Of a stretch of DNA of 64,000 nt, positions 13,033-26,476 are shown one piece after another. The first letter of the stretch is position 1; each line of letters begins with the position of its first letter. Where the stretch lies: assembly GCA_030295235.1 (NCBI GenBank), contig AP026164.1:930001-994000 (forward strand). Reading direction: 5' to 3'. The translations under genes and the position numbers were made by a program. The notes beneath the pieces are model-generated. The model was given only the letters and a program-made list of their open reading frames with translations, was not told where the DNA came from and ran no database searches. Origin of the DNA: Fistulifera solaris (taxonomy: Eukaryota).

Positions 13033-13836
13033 TCAAGCCAAGAATACCAACTGTAGTCCACCCATCAGCATTCCTAACAAGGACCGGTAACGCACACCAA
13101 AACTGCTTCCGCCGTAAGCATTGACTCCAGTACATTGTCCAGGAGTATCTACAGTATCGTAAATGGGCGTAAATCCGCCATTCTCAGTTGCCTCGGTACA
13201 TTCGCTCTGTCGTTTATCATCGACTACATTGCAGCAATCTACGGTAAGTTTGTTCGCATCGCATACTGCGCAATAGTTACAGGCTTCTCCATTGAGGGTC
13301 GCAGCACATGACTCGACAATATAGAAATCTTTCGGAGTGCTGGCAACGACCTCGACACACGTGTTCTGAAGAACTTCACTGGTTGTAACATTGAAGCAGC
13401 TTTTCGTCTTGTAGTGATCACCTTCCGCATTGAGAGTCAACGCAAAGCCTCCCTCAATACAGGCCGTGACGTTGTTTTCAACGTCGGTGTTGCAAGAGGG
13501 TTCATCGTAAACACAGTCAACGAATATCTCATCTTGTTCTAGATTAGCACAGGCGCAAGTCATAGTTTTGTCTGTCACATTGCTGTTCGAGAGTTGCAAA
13601 TTGTACTGCTCGCATACTTCTTCCACAGTCCGCTGCAAGTTTCGAGAATGAGAATCGGTTGTTAGGTCTTGCAGCAGCGTGGGGATCTGAAACTCTCGTA
13701 TCAATTGCGACAGAAGAGTCGTCGAATCTTCGTCCTGCACCAAGGAAGGAGGCGGTGCGACGGATACTACTCGAGTGCAGCCGACGAAATTCTGGAAAAC
13801 GGCAAAAAATGACAGAATAAGGCCCACTTTATTCAT
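13033..13836 (-). CDS. Cys-rich secreted or cell-surface protein, possibly GPI-anchored
   Basis: Hydrophobic N-terminal signal, RNLQ motif, many Cys, small-residue spacer and hydrophobic C-terminus (LLGMLMGGLQLVFLA). Confidence 0.7.
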   Translation of the reverse strand: MNKVGLILSFFAVFQNFVGCTRVVSVAPPPSLVQDEDSTTLLSQLIREFQIPTLLQDLTTDSHSRNLQRTVEEVCEQYNLQLSNSNVTDKTMTCACANLEQDEIFVDCVYDEPSCNTDVENNVTACIEGGFALTLNAEGDHYKTKSCFNVTTSEVLQNTCVEVVASTPKDFYIVESCAATLNGEACNYCAVCDANKLTVDCCNVVDDKRQSECTEATENGGFTPIYDTVDTPGQCTGVNAYGGSSFGVRYRSLLGMLMGGLQLVFLA

Positions 13837-14874
13837 CGCTTTGCAAATGCAATCGACAATAGGGTTTCTCCGATAGTGGTTTTACGATAAAACCTTTGTT
13901 TAGATGATAGAAAACAATAATGAGGAGGAATCGTTGTCAAATAAAACGCTGCGAAGCAAGGTCAAGATCGGATTTGGAAAATGACTCTTTCTCTATATAG
14001 CCCCAAAGTGTAAGCGACGTTTTCTCCATGATTGGGATGATGACTCATGACTGAAATCAAGTCGCGGCAAATCTACCTAATCAACTTTCGACGCAGACTA
14101 TCTCTAGGCTTTAGGGTGCGCTTCAAAAGAGGAATTGGTCCTCCACGCCACCCCATTTTGATTGTGCTTACCGTACATGTTACTTTTTACTTCGTTTGGG
14201 GAACTGTTTTCCCGTTTCAGTCGTGTGGATCATGACATCGAGTCGTGGTGTCTGAAAACCTACTCCAAGTTTGGCAATCAACTTTCGACACAAATACTGT
14301 CTGTAGACTAGACTAGGGTGCAATCAAAAGTACTTGCTCCTTCGCAACAACATATGCGTTGATAAGGTGCGACGCAATCTTCAGATACGGATCCATAATT
14401 TACAAAACTACTCGAACTTTACGCCACGAGCGCGATGGACCAACCTCGTGACAAGATCTTTGCGATGTGTCATGGGTTGTGATAGTTGCATTGTGGTTCA
14501 CAACAAAAGCGAAATCTAAAAAAGTCACTGGTATGGTGTAGTTTAAATTATATTATTTTAACATGTACAAGAATGCGTCACACGAAAATTGCTGGGAAAC
14601 TGCTTATCGCGAGGCGAATGTTTGGGAAGATGAAAGGGTAGATAGACATTTGCCAGTAATCGGGTTTAAAATACCACGCCACTGGGCTAAGGATTCGTGA
14701 CCGAAATAGTTGTATCATTGTTGGCGTTTCTGTCCGGTTAATCAGTAAGGCCGACGGACAAGGTATGAACACATAACAACACATAATGGTACTGTTCTAG
14801 CGGGCTCAACAAACAATTTGGCCAAGCTACAGAGCAATAAATACAGCTTCAATTTCATTTCATGTTAAAGTAGA

Positions 14875-15309
14875 TCACAGGTGAGTAGCCAGAAGGTCGA
14901 ATCGCTTCACCATAGATGTTAGCTCTGCATTATTTCTTTTCAATACATCCGTATTTTTCTTTCCGAATGTGTTCTCATCTCGCTCTCTGATCTCTTCGAA
15001 CGCTTTTTCTCCTCCTTGAAGGGCAATGGGGAGCAAAGCTGTCAGAATAGCGAGGATTCCTGCGCCGACGGCCAAAACAATGGGAGCGTCGACTTTTCCG
15101 TACTCATAGTCATCTTCAACTTCGGCTACCGCCAAAACGATGACAGGAATATTGGCCATGACGAAAGCGGAAGCCGCAGCAATTTTGGGCTCGATATTCT
15201 CAAGCAGCGAAGCTTGGAGAGGAAGCATTCTTGCCGGAGAGACAGCTTTTGGGACGAAAGCTGCCACCACACTAGCAAGCAGGCAAAGGAGAAAAGCACG
15301 ATGGATCAT
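14875..15309 (-). CDS. Small plastid-targeted membrane protein of unknown function
   Basis: Signal peptide ending VAA-FVP (ASAFAP-like), transit-like region, second hydrophobic stretch, then an acidic segment and one TM helix. Confidence 0.7.
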   Translation of the reverse strand: MIHRAFLLCLLASVVAAFVPKAVSPARMLPLQASLLENIEPKIAAASAFVMANIPVIVLAVAEVEDDYEYGKVDAPIVLAVGAGILAILTALLPIALQGGEKAFEEIRERDENTFGKKNTDVLKRNNAELTSMVKRFDLLATHL

Positions 15310-16140
15310 ATCTGAATAATTTAATATCGGCCCCGTTGCTGAAATAGTTACCTGACGTTCGCTGCAGTCAAAACCTTAATTATTGATTTATTTGGGCACC
15401 TGGTGAAGTACTTTTTTGTATTGATCCTCGCCAGAAGCTGTCAATGGTGATGAATTGATTGCGATGACGGATGACATGACAACGACAACGACCAACGACC
15501 CTTCGATTTTTAAGATTATTTTTAAGTTGCACTGTGCGGATCGGATTTTTTCTACGGTAAGTCGCTGGTCGCTGCGGTTATGCATGGCATTCGTGATTGA
15601 TTCGGGATTGTCGGCATTGTTACCGTCGGTCGACGGCGTCTTTGACCAGGTACTGGTATCCAGTATCGTGCGTCGTGCGACTTGCGTCGTGCGTTGCCTA
15701 CTTAGAGCGCATGCATGGCGCCTGAAGTCTGAAGTCTGGAGCAAGGAGCAAGAACCTATCACATCTTGGTCTGGAGTCTATTTTCCTAGCCAGTACTTTG
15801 TACTGCATGTACGACTTGAATTTTTCTTGTCCTCATTCTACTGTACTCGCCGAAATTCTGTGTCTACATTCTTCAAGAGATGATGCCAAAACTCTTTTTC
15901 TTTTACATGCGGTTACAGTATAAAGTAGGAAACTAGGAATAATTATTTTGTAATAAGTGGAATTTACTTTTTATCGTTGGTCGTTGGTCGATCGTAATTA
16001 CTACGTATTGATTTAATTTATTTATTGACCGAAAAGCAACAAACCGAGGTGCGACGAAAGACTTGGTAGAAGATTGTTGTTTGTCGCCTCTGTCTTATGA
16101 ATTTAAAAAAGAACGACGTGTCGCTTGAGAAGCAATTCAC

Positions 16141-17698
16141 ATGTGGGTCAAAGTAGGCTGGGGTGCTGCTCTTTTGGCCGCGATAGGGATTCAAAAGGCT
16201 TTAGGAGACAATATTGTTCTCTCGGCATTGACGTCATTTGCTCTAGTGTTTATTATTTCCTACGTGTATCTTTATCGACCCACTTACCTTTGGGGAGAAT
16301 GGGACCCGCCAATTTACGAGATGAAGTCGGTGAGCTTATCGAATCTTCCAGAAAATATCGATTTGGAAGGTAGCGATGGAGACGACGAGAAGAATAACCT
16401 TCTATATTCCGAAGATACAGCAAAAGATATCTCGAGACAGAACGCACCTGAAGACATACAAGTTGTAAGCTTCAAGGCCAAAACAATCACTAGGACAAAA
16501 ACATCATTTCAGCCTCGCGCGGAGAAAATACACTTTCTGACAAACACCAAGATTTTCTTGACCTTCATCGTAGTTGCGTTCCACGTCGCTGGAGCATTCG
16601 GCGCTATGGGCAAGAACTTTCCCTTGGTTATCGGGTTCTACAAACAAAATGGAAACAAATTCCGCATCTTTTCTGAGCGGACTGGCTATTCTCAGCCAAT
16701 CCTATTTCATGTCACTTTTCTTTTTTATATCCGGATATCTCACGCCATCCAATTATGATCGTAAAGGCGGAGAACAATTCGTCAAGGATAGGGCCAGACG
16801 CTTGTTGATACCAGCACTAGCGGTTACCTTTGTGTTAGTTCCTTTGATAACCGCGGTCGCGCAATGGAGCGCTTCTTTTTCTCTGATGTACCTTCCGTTT
16901 CCGGAGCACACATGGTTTATTTACTGGCTTCTTCTTTTCGAATGGGCGTACATTACTATCAGAAAAGATAGAATACGGTCGAAACAGCCCTCGTTAAAAG
17001 TCGCGTTTCCAAACACCACTACAAGATGGGCTGCGGGGTTACTGGTGTGTGGGATGCCAACTTACATCTTGACGAGGAAGGCTTCGATCAGATTATTCTG
17101 GGGTTTGCCAACCATCTCACCAGGAAGCTTGTTCTGTGACATTCTCTTCTTCTTTGCTGGCACTGTTGCGAAAGAATCAGGATGGCTTTCATCCAAGTTT
17201 AAGATTGCTGACCAACTTGATCTTCCTCTTGAGACATTTCGCCGTGTAGTTCTCACTGAAGGCATAGTCATCTTCGTCCTCCATGTTTCCCGTGTACAAA
17301 GTAATGCTCTAGAAACACTCTACTACTTGGTTGCGGGCATGTATTGCATCGACATGTCCATCTGCGTGCTGCAGCTCTTTCAAGAATATGTGAATGAGCC
17401 ACTTCCGGTGTTTCTAGCGGATGCGACCTTTACTGTATACTTGATCCACACTTTTGTGATCACAGTATGCACTAGCATCTTTGTCAAGATCTACAATGTT
17501 CTTTACGACAATCCCATCTCTTTCAACCCTGGACTTGGAAAGATCTTTCCAATCTCTCAAAGTCATCTGAGCGGACCGATGGATGGTATAGTTCATTTAT
17601 TGATCGGATTCTTATTTGTCTTCATTCTATCCAATGCTATTGTCTGGCCTGCTGCGTGTTTTGCGCGAAAGTTGCCCGTTTTAAATCAATATCTCTAG
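16141..17698 (+). CDS. Acyltransferase family 3 (OpgC/MdoC-like) polytopic membrane protein; frameshift near 16670
   Basis: FLTNTKIFLTFIVVAFH, YFMSLFFFISGY, FVKDRARRLLIP, HTWFIYWLLLF, FTVYLIH are acyltransferase-3 motifs. The true start is uncertain. Confidence 0.8.
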
Positions 17699-17820
17699 CG
17701 GCCGGGCATCTTCATGGTTAAAAAATTGTATTAGTTATTAGCAAATGTTAAACTGTTCTGTACAAGTTGTAGATAACTTCGGCCATAATCGTTTGCTCGA
17801 TTCGGATTTGTAGACTCGAG

Positions 17821-20772
17821 CTAGTTTGTTTTGCGCCAACCGGTAGCTTCGCTGACAATATACTGATATTTGCGTTGATGCTCGCGGATAACTAGAGGCA
17901 TCTGCTCTTCATACACTTTTTCAAACCCATTACGTTCCATCACGTTCCGTAGAACATTCTTGGAGTAAATGGGCTCTTTCGTTACTGGGTCATTGAAACC
18001 ACCTAACCACTTCGAACGTGGAGTGAACTCAGTGAGCCAACTAAATGGCGTTACCATGACAACCACGCCGTCCTTCTTGACAATGAAAGGCAAGTCTTCT
18101 AGGCATGACATCGGATCTGGCAAGCGACATAATAGGTTTGACATAATAACCCCGTCGTACAACTCTTTGCTCAACAGGCCGTTCTCCGCCATATCGCGCA
18201 AATTGCAGGCATCCCCGGTGAAAAAATTAACTCTTTTACGTATTTGTTCCGTGGTTCCCGCTTCATGTACCGCTCTAACCTCTTCGTATAATTCTGCTTC
18301 TACAGGAATGGGAAATCGGATTTCTTCGTTTGCCTGCATTCGCTTAGCCGCATTCACAAACGACTGGCTGAAATCAAAAGCATCAACTTTGTCAAATGCT
18401 TTTGCCAACTCAAACGACGCACCGCCGACAGCACATCCAACATCAAGCGCTCGTTTTGGACGCGGTTTCTCCGGAAAAAGTGAGACTAGTGCTCGTGCAA
18501 CACGTTGGGGAAAGCCAACGCCATGCATGGGTGAGTTGTCGTGTGGGAAAATAGGTGAAAGATTCTCTTCTTTGCCCGAGGAAGGGTAATGCAATCCCAG
18601 ATACATATGAAGACTATCGTTAGTTTCATAAACGTTTTCGTTGTCTTCGCGAGGCGTATGAGAGTCTTCGATAGCAATCGCATCACGAGCAGCAGCCTGA
18701 CCTTCAAAATTGCCAGCGAACAGATGCTTTGCGGGGGCTTCATGATTTGAGGCGACGAGCCGAAAGCCAGAGTGTTGCAGGAAATGTGGACGGAAGTGGA
18801 AGCGAGCGAAAACGGATGCCTCATCGCCGGTACTCATAAAAGATCCGCCCACAATCATGGAATGTTTACCATCAAAACATGGCGTAGAAAAGTCATCGTA
18901 CACATGATGCACTTCAAATCCCTTCAAAGGATTGAAATGATCTTCGGTCCACTCCCAGGCATTCCCAGTGGTATCACGATGGCCAGTTTGAGAAGGAGGA
19001 AAATAATCTACCGGATTCTGAGAAGAGTACGCTAGGTTCAGGTTGGCACCCGACTTTCCCCGGGAGAAGTCATGCCCAGTTGTCACCATGACCTTATCGG
19101 CTTTAAAATTCCTCCGCGCTGCCGCCAAATTACTGTCCGAGTTGCGAATCAAATGATGCTCAGCTTCAGTGAGCAAACGATAAGGTTTGGATGTGGGTGA
19201 GCCTTCCTTCTTTGTTTTCCATCGACAAAAAGCTTTGGATTCGTAATAGTTCACGTCCACCGGCCAATCCCAGCGCATAGGAATGATTTCAAAAATCGTG
19301 CGCAGACTGTATTCATGCGAGCCAGCGGGACCCGCAGGCTCCCAGAAAAAAGGCCACTTCATATTCCGATGTGTTCGCCACGCCCACCCATCATCGCACC
19401 AAAACTCGGCGTTCCGATATCCTCCGTCCGCAACAAATTCCCAATATTCCCCATTCGTCACCATGTGTTCGCTGGCCATGAAAGGAGGCACTTCCACCTG
19501 GCGTTCCCCATATTCATTATCCCATCCAAACGACGGAAAATGGGCGGGCTTTCCCAGATCGACTGTCAAATCCTGGTCGTCCACCGCAATCATTGGATTC
19601 GGAGGATAGTCTACGCCTCGAACAGGTTTGGATGTCGGAGGCGGACGACGCGTGGATTTCCCAGTAGCGGACGGATGCAGAGGGGGCCAATGATTCGGGC
19701 GCTGCACGAGATAATACGGTGTTTCACGAAACAGGACGGAACTAGTCTCCATGTGAATGCGTTCGTGTTCGAATCCCATAAAAGTGCCCACATGGGATGA
19801 GCTTTGTCCACGTGTACGGGCCCCTGCGAGTCATCCAAACTGGGATGCGTTTCAATAGCTTCCATGACTGTTTTGTAAACTTGTTTACGATACGCGTGAA
19901 CTTCCGAAACCATGGGCCAAAGCATATCATTCTTGTGCATATCATCCCACAGCATTTCGTCGACGCCCACTTCGAAAATGGATTCAAAATAAGGATTGAC
20001 TGGCTTTGACAATACACCAGCAACGCGGAGCTTGTTGATGTAAAGACAGGCAGTGTGGCCGTAGTAGAAGATTTGAGGATGACGAAGACCATGCGGCGGC
20101 GGGCTACAATAATGGTCGATGTAAGAAACCATCGCGTTGCTCCGAAATAGTCGACGAGAACTAAAACTTACCGGTAGAAGCCTTCTTCGCCCTTGAGCCC
20201 TGCGAACAAAGTCTCGTAAAGAGTCCAAGAGTTGTTGAAGTACTCCTTGGCACTTTGACGAGTCACAGCCGAAAGGGTCGGAAGAGGAAGGGAACGAATG
20301 ATTCCGTCCTTGTCGACGCCTGTAGTTCAATGAAGCATGAAATTAAGAACATAAACTCGAACGACCGAATGAATAGAGCAGTGCTTGTACGTCACTTACC
20401 GGGACATTCATTCGGAGCAAGACCGGTGAACCACTCCTCCGCCTTGCGCGGACCGGTCAACCAGGCGTTATCCGTACCCCGATGCAGATTGATCTTCCAG
20501 AGATCGTCGGCAAACGTCGCTGACGAAACACGCAACGCTGCGGCTGAAGCGAGACCCTTGCTGCGATAATCGAGATCATCTTCACTATCGTACAAATCGG
20601 TCTGCGTCGACTGCCAGCGCACCGTCAAAGTAGCTTTCAGTAAGGAGTGGCGACCCACCAAATCGGTACGGAGCTTCTTCTTCTTCGGCAAAGACCAACG
20701 ACAAGCAGGGCCAATCTTGCGAAGCGTCGTCCACACAGTTCCCATACGAGCGGCTTGAGGAGAGAGCATCAT
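17821..20772 (-). CDS. ovoA: Ovothiol synthase OvoA (5-histidylcysteine sulfoxide synthase plus SAM methyltransferase); introns 20320-20399 and 20104-20171; frameshift near 19785
   Basis: Spliced product reads YFNNSWTLYETLF...LRHPQIFYYGHTA...FEVGVDEMLWDD...MGFEHERIHMETSSVL (iron-binding His motif). It continues into an FGE-sulfatase domain (FGWDNEYG, GNAWEW, FRPHFLQHSGFR) and a methyltransferase (ALDVGCAVGG, REHQRKYQ). Confidence 0.93.
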
Positions 20773-21277
20773 GTTGAAGCTTGTATCTGTCGAATAGAAA
20801 AGAAGCGAAAGATTCGTTTGGATGGCAACGGAGAAATTTTTTTGTGTGAATTTGTGCACGCCATGCGTGATGGCGGGTGACTCATCATTCGCTCCAATCA
20901 TCACAACATACAGTACCAAAATCTCCACCGATTTTAGTGAGTGCTCTACGTGGCGTCTGGTATAAATCTGTACGTCCACTATGTAGACCATAGTTTGCCT
21001 TGCATTCGATGATGTTCGTGCCACAAAAAAAAAATGCTCGAGCCGAAAAGGCAAAAGAAGTTGAGAATGTGCCCGAGCAGAGATCATTTCTTTCGATGAT
21101 GATCGACGCAGCTCTAGCTGTCAAGAAAGCTTTTAAAGATGACAAGTGAGCAACGGCATCGTTCGTGGAGTGTACAAGTACTGTCGGAGGTGCACTATTT
21201 CCGTCCCAAAGACAAGCAAACGTCGTGAGGGGTAACAGTTTTCTGTCTTTTGCAGTAAGCCACTCCTACATCAGCAT

Positions 21278-22001
21278 TTACCTCCATCCCTGTTCCGCTT
21301 TCAAGAAAATAAAGACATGGTACCAGGTACCGCGATCCAATACTATGCGACAAATGTGACGGGATTTTTTTCTACTGACGTCCTTGTAACTATTTCTCAT
21401 ATTATGAAAATATCTCCCTCCTCGGACCAAAGAAGCAAACGACAATCCACTTACGCCCTGAGCGACTTTCTTCTTCGCCTCCGTGGTGTGGACGAAACGG
21501 ACGTTGCACCCGTGGACGTTGGCAAAGTTGGCCGAGCCGCTGTTCTTCAACTTCTGACAGAACGATTTCTCAAACGCACTGTGCAAGAAGGCCAATGTTT
21601 CGCATTATCCATCCGACTTGGACGAAACCAAGAACCATCTGCCCGTTGCGTTTGGTATCCTTGACGGCCATCACATCATCATCATCCTTGGGGCAGAGAC
21701 GACAGTCCGGTCGAGACAGACCGACAAGTTCCGGAACGGCAGCCACCGACTCGGCTTTGAAGCTATCCATGGTGTATCCGGCGGAACAATAGGCCTTGTT
21801 GGAGGCCGACTGGACAGCTTTGCCGATGATGGTGATATTATCGGCCGTGGCTTCGTGTCTCATACCGTGAACAACAACTCGAACGTCGCCGTTGTCGGCA
21901 TTCTTGGTGCCAAGAAGCTGGTTCGCTGCAGCATGAAAGTTGAAATCAGCAGAAGCGCTGCCAAAGAGAAAGGCGGTCAAGGTGAAGGGACTAAGCTTCA
22001 T
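21278..22001 (-). CDS. Secreted protein with CRLCPxDDD motif; frame break near 21600
   Basis: Signal peptide MKLSPFTLTAFLFGSASA and DCRLCPKDDDD. A plausible C-terminus (LAFLHSAFEKSFCQKLKNSGSANFANVHGC) lies in another frame. The 3' end is uncertain. Confidence 0.55.
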
Positions 22002-22856
22002 CGTTGGTGGAAAAGGTTTGGAACGTTGCTGGAATAGAGGGAGGCAATACCGGTTGCACGTTTGAATGCAAATACAAATTATGAGCTCGAAACGAGAACA
22101 ACGATGTTTTAACCAGCATGTAGAATGAGAAGTGAATGAATGTAGAGGGAATCCGATGTGAGCTATAACTTCTATTTCTCCAAGCTCGTTTACGACTACG
22201 AGAAGCGAAGAGCTTTCTACTTTATGTTGTTGATTGCCGTCTCACTATAATCAATCCTTGAGGTCCTAGACCTATGTGCGCATTGCGCACTTTAGTTGAT
22301 GGCGATAGCATTATGATTAAGCTCATCGCAGATCATACATTTACACACTTTCCCAACAAGCAACAAGACTGACGTCGACATCAATGATCAATGATGTCTA
22401 ATGTCTATGTTGTCTAGCGTGAACGTATGAGACTCCGTTCAGAATCCTTTGAATAAAAACTATCATCTGATCGGTACCCATCCAACTGCTGCATATCTCT
22501 TGTTGAAACGTAAAATGCGAAAAGCATCTCAGAGAAGAAAAAAACCAAGAAAAGAAAGGCAATCTTCTTCTTGTGTTTGATTGGTTGAATAGCTGTTCGT
22601 CAGTTTGCCACATGTAGTAGAGAACGTCATGTGTTTCTGATTTCCGACTCTTACTTCTTACTTGACATTGTCTTCCCGCGGCCCGTAACCAAAATCTCCA
22701 CCCATGCTTGGCAGCAGCAACAAACACCATCGCATGAGAACATGAAGTTCAGCATCCGGAAAAACCATAATCGTCAACAATATCATTCGATATACAAGTT
22801 GAGGATAACTACGTTTCACTTGCGACAATCTCTTTTAAGGGAACTGAATAGGCACC

Positions 22857-23411
22857 ATGATTCGCAATGATAAGCAGAAACGTGACACCATCAATCGCGC
22901 CGTACAGCAATATCTTTCCCTTTTAACATCGTTGAAGCGAAGGCGTCTAAACCAGGTTGCGCTCGCTGTTATATTTAAAAAGGTGGACGCACCATGGATG
23001 AAACCCAGTATGATATACCAAGAGTTATCGAGACGTCGTCGCAGACTGAAATCCGAGAGAGATGCTTCAAACGTTGAATCAGACTCCACTTTATACAATA
23101 TCCCTTCTGATATTCCTTTGTTCGTCTCCGTTGGCCTCGATGATAGCTCGCGTATATCGGGTGTATCTGAGATCAAGAATGTACAGACAGGTCATCAGCT
23201 TTCATTGAGGGATCCTGTGTCTCCAGAGACAATAGGTGAAGAATACTTGAAAAGATGTCTGTCAAATGAAGATACTCGCGGTGTTCCACCGTTCGATGAC
23301 GTATCGGAACTTTCTATGGAGCTCCCAAAACATCAAGTTGTGCTCGAATCAGGCGCTGGATTGAATAACTTGCCTCAAACCTTGGTGACGGTCGGACCAA
23401 CGCAACCGTAG
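22857..23411 (+). CDS. Hypothetical protein
   Basis: 184-aa ATG-started ORF with protein-like composition but no recognisable motif. Confidence 0.3.
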   Translation: MIRNDKQKRDTINRAVQQYLSLLTSLKRRRLNQVALAVIFKKVDAPWMKPSMIYQELSRRRRRLKSERDASNVESDSTLYNIPSDIPLFVSVGLDDSSRISGVSEIKNVQTGHQLSLRDPVSPETIGEEYLKRCLSNEDTRGVPPFDDVSELSMELPKHQVVLESGAGLNNLPQTLVTVGPTQP

Positions 23412-24521
23412 GCTTTCTACGATATTATTACGCACGACAAAAAATGATCAGATTGTCTATATCCCGCGAAATTTTTTGCGACATTCCTATGATTCCAAAC
23501 ATTTGGCGACAAATTCGACGAAGTGTTTTTGTGGTATAGGTTGTCAAAAAGAGAAAAATTACGTTTATAAACAATTATTTCGCTATGAGTTCCTAAGGAA
23601 ACTAATTGTTTTACTACAGCAAATTATTGCAGTGTTCTCTAAGAAGATCTTAAAATTTCAATGTAAATGGAACTAATAGACCCAGTGAATAGTAATTTGA
23701 AACTTGACTTCATTGTGTTAAGTTGACTAATGACTGAAGTGCAGTCGTGATTTAAGTTGACAGTACCCTTTGGTCTACGGATGACAATCATTCCCAATGC
23801 TTTTCGACATTCGATGCAAAGAAACGATGTGTGAGTTGCAAATGCTACGAGAGTATTTGGAATGTGGAACACAAGTTTGTAGAATGAACGAACGCTCGGT
23901 TGCAGTCTTACTCGTAAAATATGAATTTATGACTGAACAGCAGTCGTGGTGGAAGGTCTCCTTCACTTTGGGCCTATAGTCAAAACCCGACGAACCTCTC
24001 CGCAAGGCTTTTGAGCATCAATAGTCGATGTGCTCACTGAGAATGCTGCTGAAAGCTTTACAAGGTACCGGTACCAGGTATCAAAGAACAAGAAAGGTCA
24101 GCAAATTTGAGGAATGAACAAGACTTGGCAATGGCTCCGGGATATTGACTCGTGACTTTTTTTAAAGTGCAGTCGCGGTTAAGTTGAAACGACACTTTGG
24201 CTTTACAGCAAATAGTTAGCTTAGAAGACAACAATGAAATATCGAATTGAAATAGATATAAACAAGACCTAATTTACATTATGTAGCCTTCTTAATGAAA
24301 AAATATACGATTGCTGTTTTTGAATGCTGGTAGGTTGGATAAAGGTAGTATGCAATGCATTCCACATGACTGGATTGTAGCATAAGTCACGTTTAACCCC
24401 GCCGCATGCAAACGACAACAATAAAACAGAAAGGTGAATAATAAAACCAAGCAGTAATCATCAACCGCACCTGCCTTATGAGTGCAACGATCAAGCAATT
24501 CAGAACAATTCCACAAGAGTA

Positions 24522-26476
24522 ATGCGAGTCAACAAGTTGGGGAAGTTGGCTTGGAGCGTAGATGTTCGCCGTTTCTGGCAATACATCGCATGCTTCCTTG
24601 TCGTTCATTTCCAGTGCCTTTCAGCCTTTTCCCCGTACTACCACCGATCTTGTCAAAGCCACTATTCCGAAAGAAAAGATGTCTTCAAAATAAAACACGG
24701 GTTTCCGTTTCATAATCTTGCAACATCGGATAGTAATTACTCGCAAGAAAAGCGACGGCAGAGTTTGGTGGTAGGCAACGATCCCCTTCTTTCTTTGAAC
24801 ATGAATCTAGATGCACTGGCTCGCGCTCAAGCCGCAGAACGAGCGCAAGAACTTTACCAACGAATCGCTGCCTTACACCGTGAAGGATATTACGCAGTCT
24901 CTCCTGACGTGGTTTCTTTTAACTCCGTCATCAAGGCGTGGCAATCAGACCCCTCCCGTGCCTTGGAATTTTGGGAGCAAGAAGTGGACCAGCTTGCACC
25001 GAAAGATAAGCCAAACACGCGCAGCTTCAACACGTTTTTACTATCACTTGCAAATGCGGGATTGTACAAGTCAGCGGAAGAATTATTGGAGCAAATGAAA
25101 AACTCTGAATCAGTGGTGATTCCCGACCGTATAACATACAACACCGTTTTGTTGAGCTACCTATTGAGTGCGGAAGATTCGATTGCGGCAGACCGCGCAG
25201 AAATATTACTGAAAGAGATGCTATCCGGAGAAAACGATCTTTCTTTGGCGAGCATTCATTATTGCCGTCCTGACATTATATCATTTAACACGGTCATCGC
25301 CACGTGGGCGAATCATCCCAACCCGGAGGTTGCAGTTGCAAAAGTTGAGGAGTGGTTACAGTTTGTAATGAACTATCCTGGTGTGAAGCCTGATATATAT
25401 ACCTACACTACGGTGTTGCACGCCTGGGTACGCTATGGTCGTACGAGACGTGAGAAACAGCGTACAAACACAGAACCTAAATCGACGTTTGACGACTCCT
25501 CGGCGGCAAGGATTCGTGAAATTTTCCAGGAAATTGATAACGCTGGATTGATTCCGAATCGAGTTACGTATACAGTAGCAATGCAAGAACTTGCTCTGAA
25601 TGCAAATGGAGGGCCCGAAACAGCGAGAGAACTCTTACGAGAAATGCTGGCAAAAGTAATGCTCACCCCGAGGCTCGCCCAGACGTTGTTACGTTCTCTG
25701 TATTGATTGGCGCGTACTCGGATTTAGCAAGAGAGTCCCCCGAAGAGTCAATACAATCTTGCATCATTACTCTTTCTGAAATGAAGCAATTGGCGAAACG
25801 TTGGCCCGACGTTGCACCAAATGAGCGAACTTATACGAGTATGATCTCTGTCTTAGCGCAGTCTCGTACATGGGAAGCTGGGCCGTTGGCAGAAAAACTG
25901 TTACAAGATATGTGGAACACGCCAGAGTTGACGCCATCCTCGATCCATTATAATGCGTGCATCAACGTGTTTGCCAAGTCTTCTCGGGCGGACAAAGCAA
26001 TGCGCGCTGAACGCATTTGGCAAGATATGAAAGCAAAGGGGATAGCGGAAGACACAATCACATACAATACTCTGTTAGCTGTGACGTCTGGAGTCTTTGG
26101 TTCGTCGAACCTAAAAACGTTAGGACTGAAACTAGGCATCAAGGTCTTCCAAAGTCTTCAAGAAAACCCAGAATGCATTCCAAATACTTTATCCTATTTT
26201 TATTGGTTCAAAACGATACGACGGTTAATGGAGCCCTCTCATCCTCTTCGCGATGCTGTCGTCAGACAAGCATTCGATTTATGTTGTCAGCAAGGCTGTC
26301 TTAATGACACTTTGTTGCAGTATCTAACGACTCATTTCGATTCTATGTGTTCCCTTTTAGAACGTTTGGTCCAAGTTGAAGGCAAGGAAGGACAAAATAG
26401 CCCCTTTTCAACTGAATGTCTTCCGAGAGAGTGGTCGAAAAATGCCTTGAAAAATCGATCTAAAGTCGAATGGTAA
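24522..26476 (+). CDS. Pentatricopeptide repeat (PPR) protein, probably plastid-targeted; frameshift near 25665
   Basis: Repeats PDVVSFNSVIKAW, PNTRSFNTFL, PDRITYNTVL, PDIISFNTVI, PDIYTYTTVL, PNRVTYTVAM, PNERTYTSMI. N-terminal CLSAF motif. Confidence 0.88.

Noticed and set aside
17969..18589. Long antisense or alternate-frame ORFs (also 910-1491, 39973-40419, 43561-44058)
   Set aside because: They are shadows of well-supported genes on the opposite strand and have no motifs of their own.
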